Of a DNA stretch of 64,000 bases, positions 51,882-64,000 are shown piece after piece; within the stretch, counting starts at the first letter, position 1, and the number at the start of each line of letters is the position of its first letter. This stretch comes from Tubiluchus corallicola. Lineage: Eukaryota > Animalia > Priapulida. The stretch is taken from the NCBI GenBank assembly GCA_030141605.1, contig JAQGDQ010000653.1, positions 49,900 through 113,899 of the forward strand. The letters are read 5' to 3'. A model generated the notes under the pieces. That model did no database searches. It saw nothing but the letters and a program-made list of their open reading frames with translations, and was not told where the DNA came from. The translations under genes were made by a program, and so were the position numbers.

Positions 51882-54800
51882 CTAGTAAAAGTTATTCTTC
51901 AGTTTTTCATTAAAGTAATCAACAATGTTAATTGGTGGATATTTCTTGGACCCATCTATTGGCTCCACCACAGTGTCGTTGTCTGGAAAAACGAAATATA
52001 TGATCGACTGGCGATGTTTGGTGCGATTGGCTTCGTCTGGCAATGCTACTCGATGAGGCTGAAACACAAGCAGCTTTCATCAGAAAGATAACATCATCAT
52101 TAACGTTATATGAGTATCGAATCTTGTTAGCAATGCAAAAATGATTCTAGAAAAATCAGCCATCCAGTTAAAAATAACTTGCCAAAATACAAATTCTTGA
52201 AACAGGAACGTATAGGGCAATGATTTTTAAGGAGCCATGGGTGAATCAGCATTCTGGTGAAAATAATTCAAACAAAACCACTTGGCTGCTTATTAATTAA
52301 ATAGGTCAGATTACCAGAAGGGCTCAGTGGCTTGCCTTTCAAAATCAGTTTCAAATAATAACTGCAACTGTGATTCTGATGATGATCTGACTGTGACTGA
52401 CCTCTGATGGTGTAATGATGATGTTTTTCATTGGCCTGGCGGAAAACCTAGTTTATCTGAACCTATTTGATCGTTGCATGTGACATTGGTGAGTTTATTG
52501 AGCAAAACTGATGAAGTATGACACCAACTATTGCTAAGTTTACTTTTTGCAAAGCTATCGCATTGGTTAGATTATATTATTGGCCATGAGGCAAAATTTT
52601 GCTGACTAAAACAGTTTGGCTTTTCGTCTCTAGTCAAGAGTGTATCATTGCTTTAGACAAAACTTTACTTAGCAGTCAAACAAAATCTGACATTTCATTA
52701 GTAATTTAAGTTATGAATAATACTTGATCGTATTAGAGTTAAACATGTTCTTCAGCTCTAAGCTGACACGAATTTTGTTTATCTAAAGGGTTGTGTTTCA
52801 ACATTGCTGGGTAAATATAGGACGTTTGATGAAGTAAGACATAGCAGAATATAAACAAAAAAAACGTTGTTACCCCTGAAACTGTTGTCAATAGTTATAC
52901 ATCTATAAAAAATATTATATTTTTCAAACTATGTGATTAAACATGATGAAGGTAAATTTAAAATTTTGTGCTCTAGTAAGATTGTTAACAAAGGAATTAC
53001 AAATCCATTTCATTGTTCACTATATGCTAGATTTGCTTCTGCAATTCTTGCAAATTATTAAATGAAAATTCTTATAATTGTGGAGTCATAAATTTTGAAA
53101 ATATAAAAAATTTGAATGATAAACTTTGGAATTCAACTCCAACTTCAAATTTTGAAAAATAGCCTAAGTATTTAAAGATGTACAACTACTGACAATGATT
53201 ACAAGGACTAGTCGAAACGTTTTGTCTATAACACAGAAATTTTAAAACCATCAAGTTAAGAAAATTCTTGTGACAAAATGTTATAAAGCTGGCATTTTAC
53301 TTTCATTCTAATAAACTGTAAAATAGCTGTGAAGAAATTGAATGCATTTGAGAATGAAGATTAAAACATTCAGGTAGAGTGATTTTGCATGCTCAGGGAA
53401 TCTTTGTCCAAACTTAGGAACCCAGCATTAAATTCATAATCATACCGTAGTTTTAATTCTATCAGCTGTCCATCTTTGAATCATATCAGCCATGTGCAGT
53501 ACAACAGCTCCATCTTTCGGCGGTACTTTAGCAAAGCGACCATCTTCTAGCTTTGTCTGTGATTTAAAAAAATTGTTATTAATTTTTTGCATTGAATAAG
53601 TTAAATATAGACACCAGGAAAATATCACAATCAAAAATGTGAGCTATAACACACACACAACATTGCTTTAACATAATAACAATTAGACTTTTCTTTTGAG
53701 TTCATAAGAATCATCATAGTCTATAAACTGACCTAGTGGTATGTTAATGACTCCTACAATCTTACCTCCAGTCCACCTGCATCATCTTGAAATACAAAAG
53801 TTATAGTTCCCCAGTCACTATGTAATGCACATCTTTGCTGTTTCTCGGGCAGGGTTGCTGGAAAAAAGATGTATCTAAGTGAACAATTTAGCACATTAAC
53901 ACTTGATAAGTTTAGTTGGAAAATATTTATTTAGCGTGGGATAATAAATAGGAGTAAAGGATTTCCTGGCATTTATAACAACTTATCAACTTAGTAAACA
54001 ACGTTGTTTGTTCAGCATAATGTTAACCTTTGTCTCGAAGACACACTTCAAAAAAGTTCAAAATATTTCAGTAACAGCAGTAGTACTGACTCGCTCACTT
54101 CACCATGAGTGTTAGCTAACAACTCATTGTGTTTAGCTTTTAATTATCATATTGGGTAAAAAGCAGTACAACAGCTAAAGAGCAATTTGTACATAACTGA
54201 CAGCTAAGCCACATAACTGTAAGTGAGGCAATACTGTATGTTCTCTAACAAGTGTATGAATTTCCTTTAAAGTCTTTCGGGAAGTTGAGCTTATTTTAAT
54301 ACTTGGGAAAAATGTTAGAAAGTTTCAGCAATAAAATTGTGATAAGCACCTCTTGTAATTAGTAAAATCAATTTAGTGTCGTGATCACTTCACACTTGGG
54401 CGCGTTCATTTTAGACAAAAAATGGCGTCATCCTGTCTCCGTGCAAAATAAACACTTATCCCGCCAGATGCTTAGAATCTTTTTTAACTCTTTGAGCGAA
54501 CTCTACAAACTAAGCAACCCACCTGGTACCTACTAAGTGCTCGCAAGTTTACATGCGTATCTAAAGGTCAACAAAAATCTGTAAAATTAATTATTTACAC
54601 ATTTTAAGGTCTAATCCTGTTGATCGAATGACAAATTTCTAGATAAACACAGTTAAGCGCAACACTAAAATAATAGAACTTCTAAGCAAACTGTGGAAAT
54701 TTGCAACGCTTACCTTACACTGCTTGCTTTCACGGCATTCTCGCTGCCCTGCATACACCAGCTTACATCATTTTTTTGAAATACGCCGGCATCAACGTTC

Positions 54801-57142
54801 GTTTTGCGAGAGATAAGAAATATTTAAATTTCTAATAATTTTTTAAGCAAAATATTCTATGCGCATATTCTGTAATGCGATTTCAATATTTCTAATTGTA
54901 CATTAAAATCCAATAAATGTTGTCCGAGATTTGGCTCTTCCTTTAAGAACCCAACTTATTTAAAGCATGAAAAGCAAATCACGTGCCATTGGGGCAACAT
55001 GTTCCAAATCCTACTGCTTTTCAGTGTCGAGGCTTCACAGTGACTCTTCCTACATTAATACTATGTTAGTGCTAAATTTCATTTGCTTTTAATTGGCTTT
55101 TGAGACATTATACAAAGGCCAAGGTTTACAATTCTCGCACATAAGAAATTAGTTCGTGAAACGTATTAGTGTTAGGGTTAGGGTTGGGGCTTGGGTTAGG
55201 GTTAGGGTTATGGTATTTAAATTGTGTGGGGAATTGTAGATGCCTTCAACATCAAATTGAAGGTCAAATATATCAACTGCTGTGCCAGTACTACCACTTA
55301 TATGTTCAAACCAATTCCTGTCTTTTCTTTTTCAAAGCATTCGTTTTCAGATCATCAAGTACAGAATACTCAAGTCATTATAAGTTAACCATTTAATAAA
55401 GAGAACCTTTTCAGGTAATACTCACCATAAGGTTCAGTTATCGCAGGATACATGCACGATTTGAGACAAGGATAATGAGTCGTCCTGGGATTTTTGTGAG
55501 CTTTGTTAAAAAAATCACGGTCCTAGTAGTATAACAAAATCACGTTACAATTATGATACTACAAACAAGCTAGAATTCATTTTTTACAAGCACAATTCTA
55601 TCTAAAACAGTACATTTATATACAACAGTTTACAGTTACCTTTAATCCAAGACCTACTGCAATACTTCGGAACACTTTGCTGGTTAACTTTTCACACAAA
55701 TCATGGAATTCTTGGAGAGCTGGTTTTAAGTCAGGAACGTTTTCGTTGGGATACTCCTGTAAAGTAAATGTAGTAAATTCTTTTTATATTACACTATCCT
55801 TCCTCCAACAGTTAAACATCCCGAATTCCGATACTTGATAAAAGATGAAAGATGGTCAGTTTTTTCTAATCGGAAAAAGAAAATAAATAAAGTCTACGTA
55901 CGTCTATTTTTGATAAGAAAAATATTGTTAATTTGAAACAAAAATAACATCAAAACGAGAGTTTACCATTTCTGGCTTTCTACGATCTTGCCACGCCTCT
56001 ACCAAGTCTGGAGGATTTGAACCTTCGAGTCTGTTATAGATAACAAAAAAATAAATTTTACTCGACATCCAATGCAAAAAATTACTCATGGGTAGTCATG
56101 AAAAGTAGTACGTTAGATGTTATAATGTTTGTAGTATTTAACTCATTTTGGCTTTCCTTTTTAATAATTTTTACAGCAGAAATAACAGTAATCATTGAAA
56201 TAACTTAGCGAGAAGGGCGCTTATAATTATGCTTTTTGGCGCGCTAGTTAGCAAAGCTGTTTGATGGCCTAATAATTTTTTTACGTAGGGACTCAAAATA
56301 TGTGTTTGCTACAAAATTCACAGTGATCTAGATGTTTTGCATTTATTATTCATTTATTATCACTTATTTTATTATATTATTTATTTTACTTCTTCATTAA
56401 GTTCCAAAGCTAACTTACACTTGTAGACCAAGTCTCTGATACCCGCAAATATTCATTTGACTTGCAAACTGATTTTTAATGTCCACAGGTAGATCAAAGA
56501 ATTTCTTTGATGAAGCCATTAATTTGTGAATCTGAAAATATTGAAAATTTCTCATAACAGACTACATTAGTATTCAGGAAAGTTCAGCCCGTACTAAAAA
56601 CTGTAATTAGCGAATTCGCAAGTTTTCATTTGTAATCATAATGGCGGTTTCATCTGCAATACAAACAATTTCGGCAGGAGAGTGTAGAAGTATTCAAATG
56701 TTGAAGCAATTATCTTTGCTATGCATAATCTTGAAATAATAAGCTGAGTTCCTATTTTGCGACAACAATCAGGGGTGTCGTTCATTTTCTTACATCGAGA
56801 TTCTGCAAGCAGAGATTCGGCGGCACTTAATGATTAACGTTTAAAGCGTTCTCTGACGGTCGCCCAACCATTTGCCAGTCACACTCAACCGCTTAGGCCC
56901 AGCCACAAACCTTGGCACTTACAGCTTCCTTTCTGTCTAGCTTGTAAATGCTGAACTTTATAAAATAGCTACGTATGCACCTTATCTTCAGGAATACCAT
57001 GGTTAATCAGGTGCACACATCCAACTGTGGTTATTCCTTCCATGAGTTGCTTTGCGATCCTCTCTTCATTTTCATCTGCACTTAAGCCTTCCTTCTCTCC
57101 TAAATCGACAACTAGTACATCCAGCGTGACACTATCAGGCAT
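51882..57142 (-). CDS. 2-oxoglutarate/Fe(II)-dependent dioxygenase, isopenicillin-N-synthase-like (DIOX_N + 2OG-FeII_Oxy), 8 coding exons, 310 aa
   Basis: Exons 57142-56981, 56531-56419, 56030-55967, 55756-55640, 55522-55426, 53857-53766, 53556-53446, 52058-51882. All are GT-AG and phase-consistent (933 nt). Motifs GCVHLINHGI, FFDLP, CGY, DLVEAW, HSDWGTITFVFQD.GGLE (HxD), DMIQRWT, PHRV (distal His), RQS (RxS). Confidence 0.93.
55121..55246. mobile_element. Small MITE-like element with internal TTAGGG repeats (intron 5 of the dioxygenase)
   Basis: Imperfect inverted ends AAGG..TACAATTCTCGCACA / TGTGTGGGGAATTGTA..CCTT enclosing (GGGTTA)n at ~55170-55210. Confidence 0.6.
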
Positions 57143-58296
57143 TTTCAAAGTAAAACTTATTCTGGATTCCAAAAGTTACAGTAAGTTAATTTTACTACTT
57201 TGGCAAGTTCACTGTTACACGCTAGCAAGTTTCCTGGCGAATATGCAGCGGAGAGTACGCCTGCCGTGAGACTAGCTTTCCTTTTAATAGCAGCAGCAGC
57301 TCAAAATTTATGCGTCCCAATTTATTCAAGGACGCATGCATGCATACAGACTTCGAAGCATGAAACGCCAATAAGTAAGCTTTGGATGTACTAAGCACAC
57401 ACAAACATAGGGACAAAGGTACTAATAACTTCTGGACTTCCATTTATATGTTTACAAGCTTGTTGTCAGAGTCAATGCTACGCGATGCTGGCGCTGTTGT
57501 TGTTGCTATGCTGTTGCTGCTGCTATCACCGATTACCCACCGTTGATGCAACCACCAGGCACCAACGCTCATACTGCAATAATTTTATGTCAATAGTTTC
57601 ACAATAGTCTCGCCGTCTTATGTTTTGTACAAAATATTCTTATTCATTTTGAACCTCCAATGTGCAAAATATTCATATTATTTCTAAACCAAACGTATTC
57701 TGTTACAAGAGAATTAGGCCTAAGCTTTTTCGCTAAACCACACCTCCACCACACCCCTCGATCCACGACGTAATCCACTTTCCGCCCTCATAAAAATAAA
57801 TCCAGGTGCTTCGCAGTATGTCTTAATAACAATTTCTCAAATGCGCGATAGATGGAGCCACGATACTATGAGTTGCTACTATGCTCCGAATACGGACATC
57901 GAAATACATGTATTGTATTGGTAAATTGTTCTGTTTAATGAACTGGCGTCTTTGGACCTTTGGACTAACATCCCGATTGCCACCTGAATTTCTGGAAGTA
58001 GCAACTGTACTTAGTAAACACGCTTTGGACCTATTATCTCAACAAAATGGCTTATGGTCTGCTGCACAGTCTGCACTGTAATTCCTGCTAGTTTTGGATC
58101 ATTTAATACAATGTGGGGCAAGCAAGGATCCAGCAAACAACAACAGAATCTGCTCGATGTACCCATGATTGTGTCGGTACTGAAAGGTCATTATAAACGA
58201 TGGTGCGCTAATAAACTAGGCCGCAAAGGTGGTGTGACTCACTAATGTAGTTTAATGCCACGTAAAATATTTTAGGTTTGATTTACAGGAATTACA

Positions 58297-58535
<239 letters not shown>

Positions 58536-60039
58536 CTCTCCCCTATTTCTAGAAACACTTCAAGCAGTAAAGGAGCCAGAATTGCACAGACTTTGGTTAA
58601 AAAAAAAGTGGAACTATTCTGGGAGTCATGGCATGACGCGTAGCTCCAAACCTTCTGTAAAAATTCAATTGCGTGAAATTTCACAATAGCATGTACTCAA
58701 ATAGGCCTGCTACATACATTGCACTCGTACACCTATAATTAATACATTACGTAAACTGCTCTTGTATGTCTATAAGCTGTAACAAGATTTGCACATACGG
58801 GGCGACATAATGCTAACAATGGTAATTTGTTACATCACATTGTCTTGCAAAGTGGCTTTGATTTTAATATATGCTTAACAATATTAGGCAGAACAGCTTG
58901 TTAAGCAGCTACTGCATTGGTTAATAAAAGGCAGGAATGCCCATTGATATTCTGTGCCAATATTTCCTAATTGCTAGCAAATTATTCGATGCAGCCTGCA
59001 ACTAACAATCCAATCAGGCGCTGCAACACTAACGAAACCAATTTAAGTCCAATTTCATTGTCGCCAATATCGAGATTTGGCTGTTCGATACAAGCTTCCT
59101 TCTTATAGTGTAGATTGCATGTAAAACAAAAGCCAGTAAAATTGCGTCAAATATTGATCGGAAATAAAGAATCGATGAGCGTTTATTTCGGCAGGAAGTT
59201 TTTAGATATATCGTGCAAACAAGTGCTACAATTGGTGAAAAACAGTTTTCTTCGCAGCTTTCAATGTATTTCAACGAATGTGGGGCTAACATTCACAGCT
59301 GCTTTCAAATTACATTTTATTTCAAGCATATTGTTTCAAATTATGTAAACTAAATTTAAAATTTTTAGTTCATGCAGCCTCTAAGTCGAAGTCATAAAAA
59401 TGATGTATGCACAACAGCACTATGCGAAACTGAAGTAGCATGCCGTATCAGGAAAAACTGTTAGGGCTGGTTGCATATTAGATTTTCATACGGCTAGACA
59501 AGAATCTTGTAAGACGTTGGAGTTCTAGACATTTCTTATACCATTGCCAACATCAAAATTAATGATGTTAGTTCGATATTTATTGGATCTTTTGTCACAT
59601 TGTAAACATCGCTCTATCACTACCAAAGAAAATACAGCAGAAATTACAAAATCTGCGCTTATATATATATATATATATATATATAGTTTTTTGTAAACCA
59701 TAAAGTTTTTTGTAAATAATACAGTCCACGTGAAATTATATTCTGTAAGAGAAATTCGTACAGAATAGTACAAACACATGTAAGTTTATCAAAGTATGCG
59801 AAGCGTGCTAAATAACATAATATATAACGCACTTTTGCAATTATCACATTAGCTGTAGACAGACAGTGAACAGTTTACTTAACAATACATGCGAAAATAA
59901 ATAATGAAAAATTTCGACTCGAGCTGAGAAAAAAGGTAAAAAGAGCCATAATTATAGTGTTAGGAACTTTCAAACATTTTTAACACTTGATGAATTTCCA
60001 GCAAACCGATTTCAAGTGGAGTAGCCTAGGTTCTACATC

Positions 60040-60540
60040 AAAAATTAGCTCAGATATAGTACTGCGTGTTGGCGAATACAGTTCACTATACTAACACTTA
60101 GGAGGCATACGAAAAGCACATGGTTTTCGTCTTGAATGCCAAGTCCACACTCATGCGTCCTTCTCTCTCGTGGAATTCTCGACCATCTTCCTGTTTCTAC
60201 TTTCAACCTGTGCGAAGACAATAATAAGCGAATGGTACTGATGCGGGCAAATTCAGCCACACCAGCGTCTCGTGATATATTTGGGGCTGCTTCAAATCTG
60301 GGTTACAACGCACATACTGGGTATATCTAGCAGACTGCTTATTTCTTACATAAGCCCGAATATCACTGAAATCTTGTTTAATTAAATTTAAATTGTCAAT
60401 TACTAATAAGTTATTAATATACCTAGACATAGGTGTCCTAGCTTGACGACACAAATTGAGTGAAAAACCTAAATAAAGCATGTGAACATTTTTTATTCTA
60501 GCCCGACAGGATGGCATGTCTACTTCAGTAAGACGTATGC
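60040..60540 (-). mobile_element. Non-LTR retrotransposon C-terminal fragment (RTEX-like zinc-knuckle region)
   Basis: SSHRLKVETGRWSRIPRERR..C...IQDENHVLFVC motif. Confidence 0.7.
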
Positions 60541-60879
60541 TTCAATAAGATTGTTATATACATTAATTACAACTTGTTTCAACCCGTAAAAGTTGAATTC
60601 CAATTTAAGTAAAAGTTAGTTGTACCTGCAAAAGCTTGAAAACCATTTTTTTATTTTTGCTCTCTTTCCTATTAAAACCAGTACTATAGGCGGGCAATGA
60701 ATTTTCACTTACAAAAAAAACGATTGAGTTTTTTCAGCCTAGTTTGAGAAATTCTTTGTTAAAGTCTTTCAGATTATAGAAGTAATTAATGAGAAGCTCA
60801 TAACTTGACATTATTTTTGCCATTCCCTCGATACAAGATGTCTTCTCTTAGCACAGATATCGGTTAATATTAAAAACGA

Positions 60880-61045
60880 CTGTCTGTCTGTTCGCCCGTT
60901 CGTCTGTCCGCCTGTTTGCCTGCCTGCCTGACTGTCCCTGTCTGTCTGTCCGTCCGTCCGTTCATCTGTTCGTCCATCCGTCCGTCCGTCTGTCTGTCTG
61001 TTTGCTATCTGTCTGTCTGTCTGCCTGCCTGTCTGTCTGTTTGTT
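60880..61045. repeat. Degenerate (TCTG/TCCG/CCTG)n microsatellite
   Basis: Seen directly. Confidence 0.9.
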
Positions 61046-61131
61046 TCTCTCTCTCCTATTATTCTTTGTCTATCTACCTATTTCTTGTTTGCTCTTTTCC
61101 CATCTTTCTTTTAACATATGTCTGCATTTTT

Positions 61132-61299
<168 letters not shown>

Positions 61300-61533
61300 C
61301 TGTCTGCATTTTTTATTTATTTGTTAACACGATTAACAATACAGTGGTGGTTCCCGGATGTGTGTTGAACGTGCGAAGTTTTTTTGAGATCATCATTTCA
61401 CTTCAATAGAACAGCTATAAACTTCACAAAGAAGAAAGGGAACACGCGCGCACCACTCCGTTTGTGACTTAGTAATTATCGATCAAATTATGGGTATTTC
61501 GCAGTTAACTCGCCACTTTGTTTTCGCCTAGAA

Positions 61534-61545
61534 TGCGCATGCGCA
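61534..61545. promoter_or_regulatory. NRF1/Ewg-type palindrome TGCGCATGCGCA
   Basis: Perfect 12-bp consensus palindrome in a locally CpG-richer stretch ~480 bp upstream of a candidate first exon. Confidence 0.45.
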
Positions 61546-62025
61546 GTAAATGTGATATTCGCAGATGCCGCGGGAATGGTTATGACATTAATCCCAATTG
61601 TTGCCTCAGTCCTGTATGTTAAGCACAGGTGTACCAACCAAGGCCTGTATTTTTATGAAGACATAATTAATCGTTCAAGTACAAATAAAAAACAATTGGT
61701 GCGAAATGGGCGTTTAAAGAATGTAGATATTTCTGACTTTGTGCGAATTTTCGCGTCTAGGAAAGAAGTTGAAAATTAGTAGAAAGTCCGAAATATTAAC
61801 ACCAGGATCTCATTTTGCACCTCTAGAGCACCATATGTATGTTAACCGTTTAATTCTTAGATTTTGAGGGCATAGATGCCTCCGTATTTTTCGAGCAGCT
61901 AAATTTTTGAAATCTATAAATTGTTATTCGTAAAGCCAAATTGATTTCAGTGCTATTTGTTTTACATAAAAGCAAAGCAGTTCGACCGCGCGGATTGCAT
62001 TTTTTGTGTTTTATCATGAGTAAAA

Positions 62026-62185
62026 ATGCGGAAAGGAAAAAACGCTTCAGCGTACGAAATGTTGCGGAATAAAGCCGTACAAGTGAATATCGGACTGGAC
62101 AATCCGGAGAGCGACGTACGCAATTCGCAAGATGCTGATTCCGGTTCCGGTTCCATGGACGCTATGCCAATGGATCCTAAAGAAG
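62026..62185 (+). CDS. Candidate first coding exon of an unidentified gene continuing beyond the window
   Basis: AAAAATG start, GC-elevated polar peptide MRKGKNASAYEMLRNKAV...MDPKE, ending at a strong AAG|GTATGT donor. No downstream exon identified. Confidence 0.45.
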
Positions 62186-64000
62186 GTATGTATATATTTT
62201 GGCCTTTGCAATCAGGTCTTTACATTAGGTTTATTATGCATCAAGACGCTGACGGAGGTAGTAATTGTGTAATTATATGGAGCCGTGATTATGGTCAATT
62301 CGGTTTTACGAATGGATATTAGACAGTTTCAAGAATTTTATCATTTCAAAAATTCCAAACATCGTTTGGCATGTTTATTACACCCAAGAACTTGGCAAAA
62401 TATATCGAAAACAAATTGACGATAAGCTAGTTTAAAAGAAAGGTAAAAAGGCCAAAAGATTCCTCAAAATTGCGATTATTTTTGCCACTTCATTTGGCAA
62501 AGAAATGTTTTTTCACAAACTTACAGAATTTGAACGCTTACATATTCTAAAGAATGGAGCCATTTAGATACAATTTTTACAATGGCAACCATAAAAGCTA
62601 TTTTTAAAGTGGCCGCCACGTTTTGCGCGCCTTTGCTCAAATTTGAAATGGTCGCATTAATTAGCGCTTGACCATTCCTGAAAACTATGACATATAGTCT
62701 GATAGACTGTGTGATCTAATTGTTGCTAAACTTGTAATAAACCGACCCCTTGTTCAAACCCATGTTCCACCCCACTTTTACATTTTTCCTGTGTGTCAAC
62801 TTTGATTTAGAAAAAAAAATGCAGTCACAGTTATTTCCACCATTAACTAATTATCAGGAAAATTATGATTTAATAATTAATTAAAGGCTAAAAACGTCTG
62901 GTTACTCTATATTAAATAAATTATTTGAATGGTAGTGTGGCTACCGCCTATGGTAGTCTGTCTAAGAAGCACGACTTTCAAGCAGATTTTCTGTACAAAT
63001 GAACGTGGTATAATTTTAAATGCTCTTAATTTCTAAATCAACATGTTATATGATAAATAATCAAAAGTTTTCCATATAAAAATTAGTGAAATTAAAATTG
63101 CCGTAACTGAAATCTAACTGCTAAAAATAAAGATTAAATTAGCTACACTTTGACATTTTAACTTCAATTTTCGTCTCGGTTCGTTACACAATCATCAGCT
63201 CTACGTATCATTAGCTTTGCACATTTCAATTAGGTTTTGCTTAACTCTAATGTGAAACTACGGCTGCATCATGCAGGTTTAGTTTTTCTTTTGCTCTTAC
63301 TTCCAAAATGCCTTGCAAGACATTAATAAACGCTGACTACTGAGGCTGGCTTCCCAACCCTTTTATGCCAGAATCTGATCACTAAGTTACGAAGTCAGAC
63401 ACGTAAAACTGTCTGTAGTCACACAGTAAAAGTTTACAAATGGATTATCAGCCTGGGAATTTGATTGCGTAGCTTTGACAATGAAGCTTACTTTAAAACT
63501 AATAAAATATTAGTATGAAAACCATTATAATCTGTTATTAAAATAGAAAGAAAATTATCAAGCAAATAAAAGTTGGTAATTATCAGTCGAGTTTGTGATG
63601 AATAACACAATAGTGCTTAATTAACACTATACACTTAACACTTAACCATAACACTTTCTAGGAAAAATGCCTCCTATATGATAAAACGTTTGTTTCATTT
63701 AGACTACAAATTTGCCGATATTAACAGTTACTGAATAGCATTAATTAAGGAATGGTTAAAAAAATTAAGTTTTTTGCAGCTGACAATTATTAATAGTCGT
63801 ATGTAAGCAGTCAGAATTCTAACATTTTTGTTAACGTTTGGCTATAGACTAAGTGGGTATTTCATTTGACTAGTGAGCTCAAAAAGTTTTCAATGTTCAT
63901 AAAATTCATTAATATTTATAATAAATAATATTAATAATACTAAAATTATAATAAGTTCCAAAGAAAACTTCGCAAAAATGTAGATTAACATTAGATTTTA

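Noticed and set aside
55170-55210. True telomere or chromosome-fusion scar
   Set aside because: Only about 6 units, single orientation, enclosed in inverted repeats within an intron.

Overview
AT-rich, repeat-dense nuclear DNA from a eukaryote, most likely an invertebrate animal (GT-AG introns, LINE/LTR/DNA-transposon debris, TTAGGG repeats). No prokaryotic features, CRISPR, rRNA or intact tRNA genes were recognised. Host genes: (1) an intronless 285-aa predicted four-TM protein of unknown family (-); (2) a full-length intronless HSDL2 (SDR + SCP2, C-terminal SKL); (3) a tandem HSDL2 paralog lacking SCP2 and SKL, with a rewritten substrate-binding loop; (4) the large catalytic exon of a galactose-3-O-sulfotransferase-like gene (-); (5) an 8-exon, 310-aa IPNS-like 2OG-Fe(II) dioxygenase (-), assembled by hand from splice sites; (6) a probable first coding exon near 62 kb. 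The window starts inside a ~3.36-kb near-perfect tandem duplication carrying a decayed RLE-type retrotransposon fragment. Mobile DNA includes several L2/CR1/RTE-type LINE remnants, a foldback-like element built from 16-bp subrepeats, piggyBac-, hAT- and Sola-type MITEs, a tRNA-derived SINE, and a nested hAT > BEL/Pao > solo-LTR insertion. Family names come from motif recognition by eye; no searches were run.
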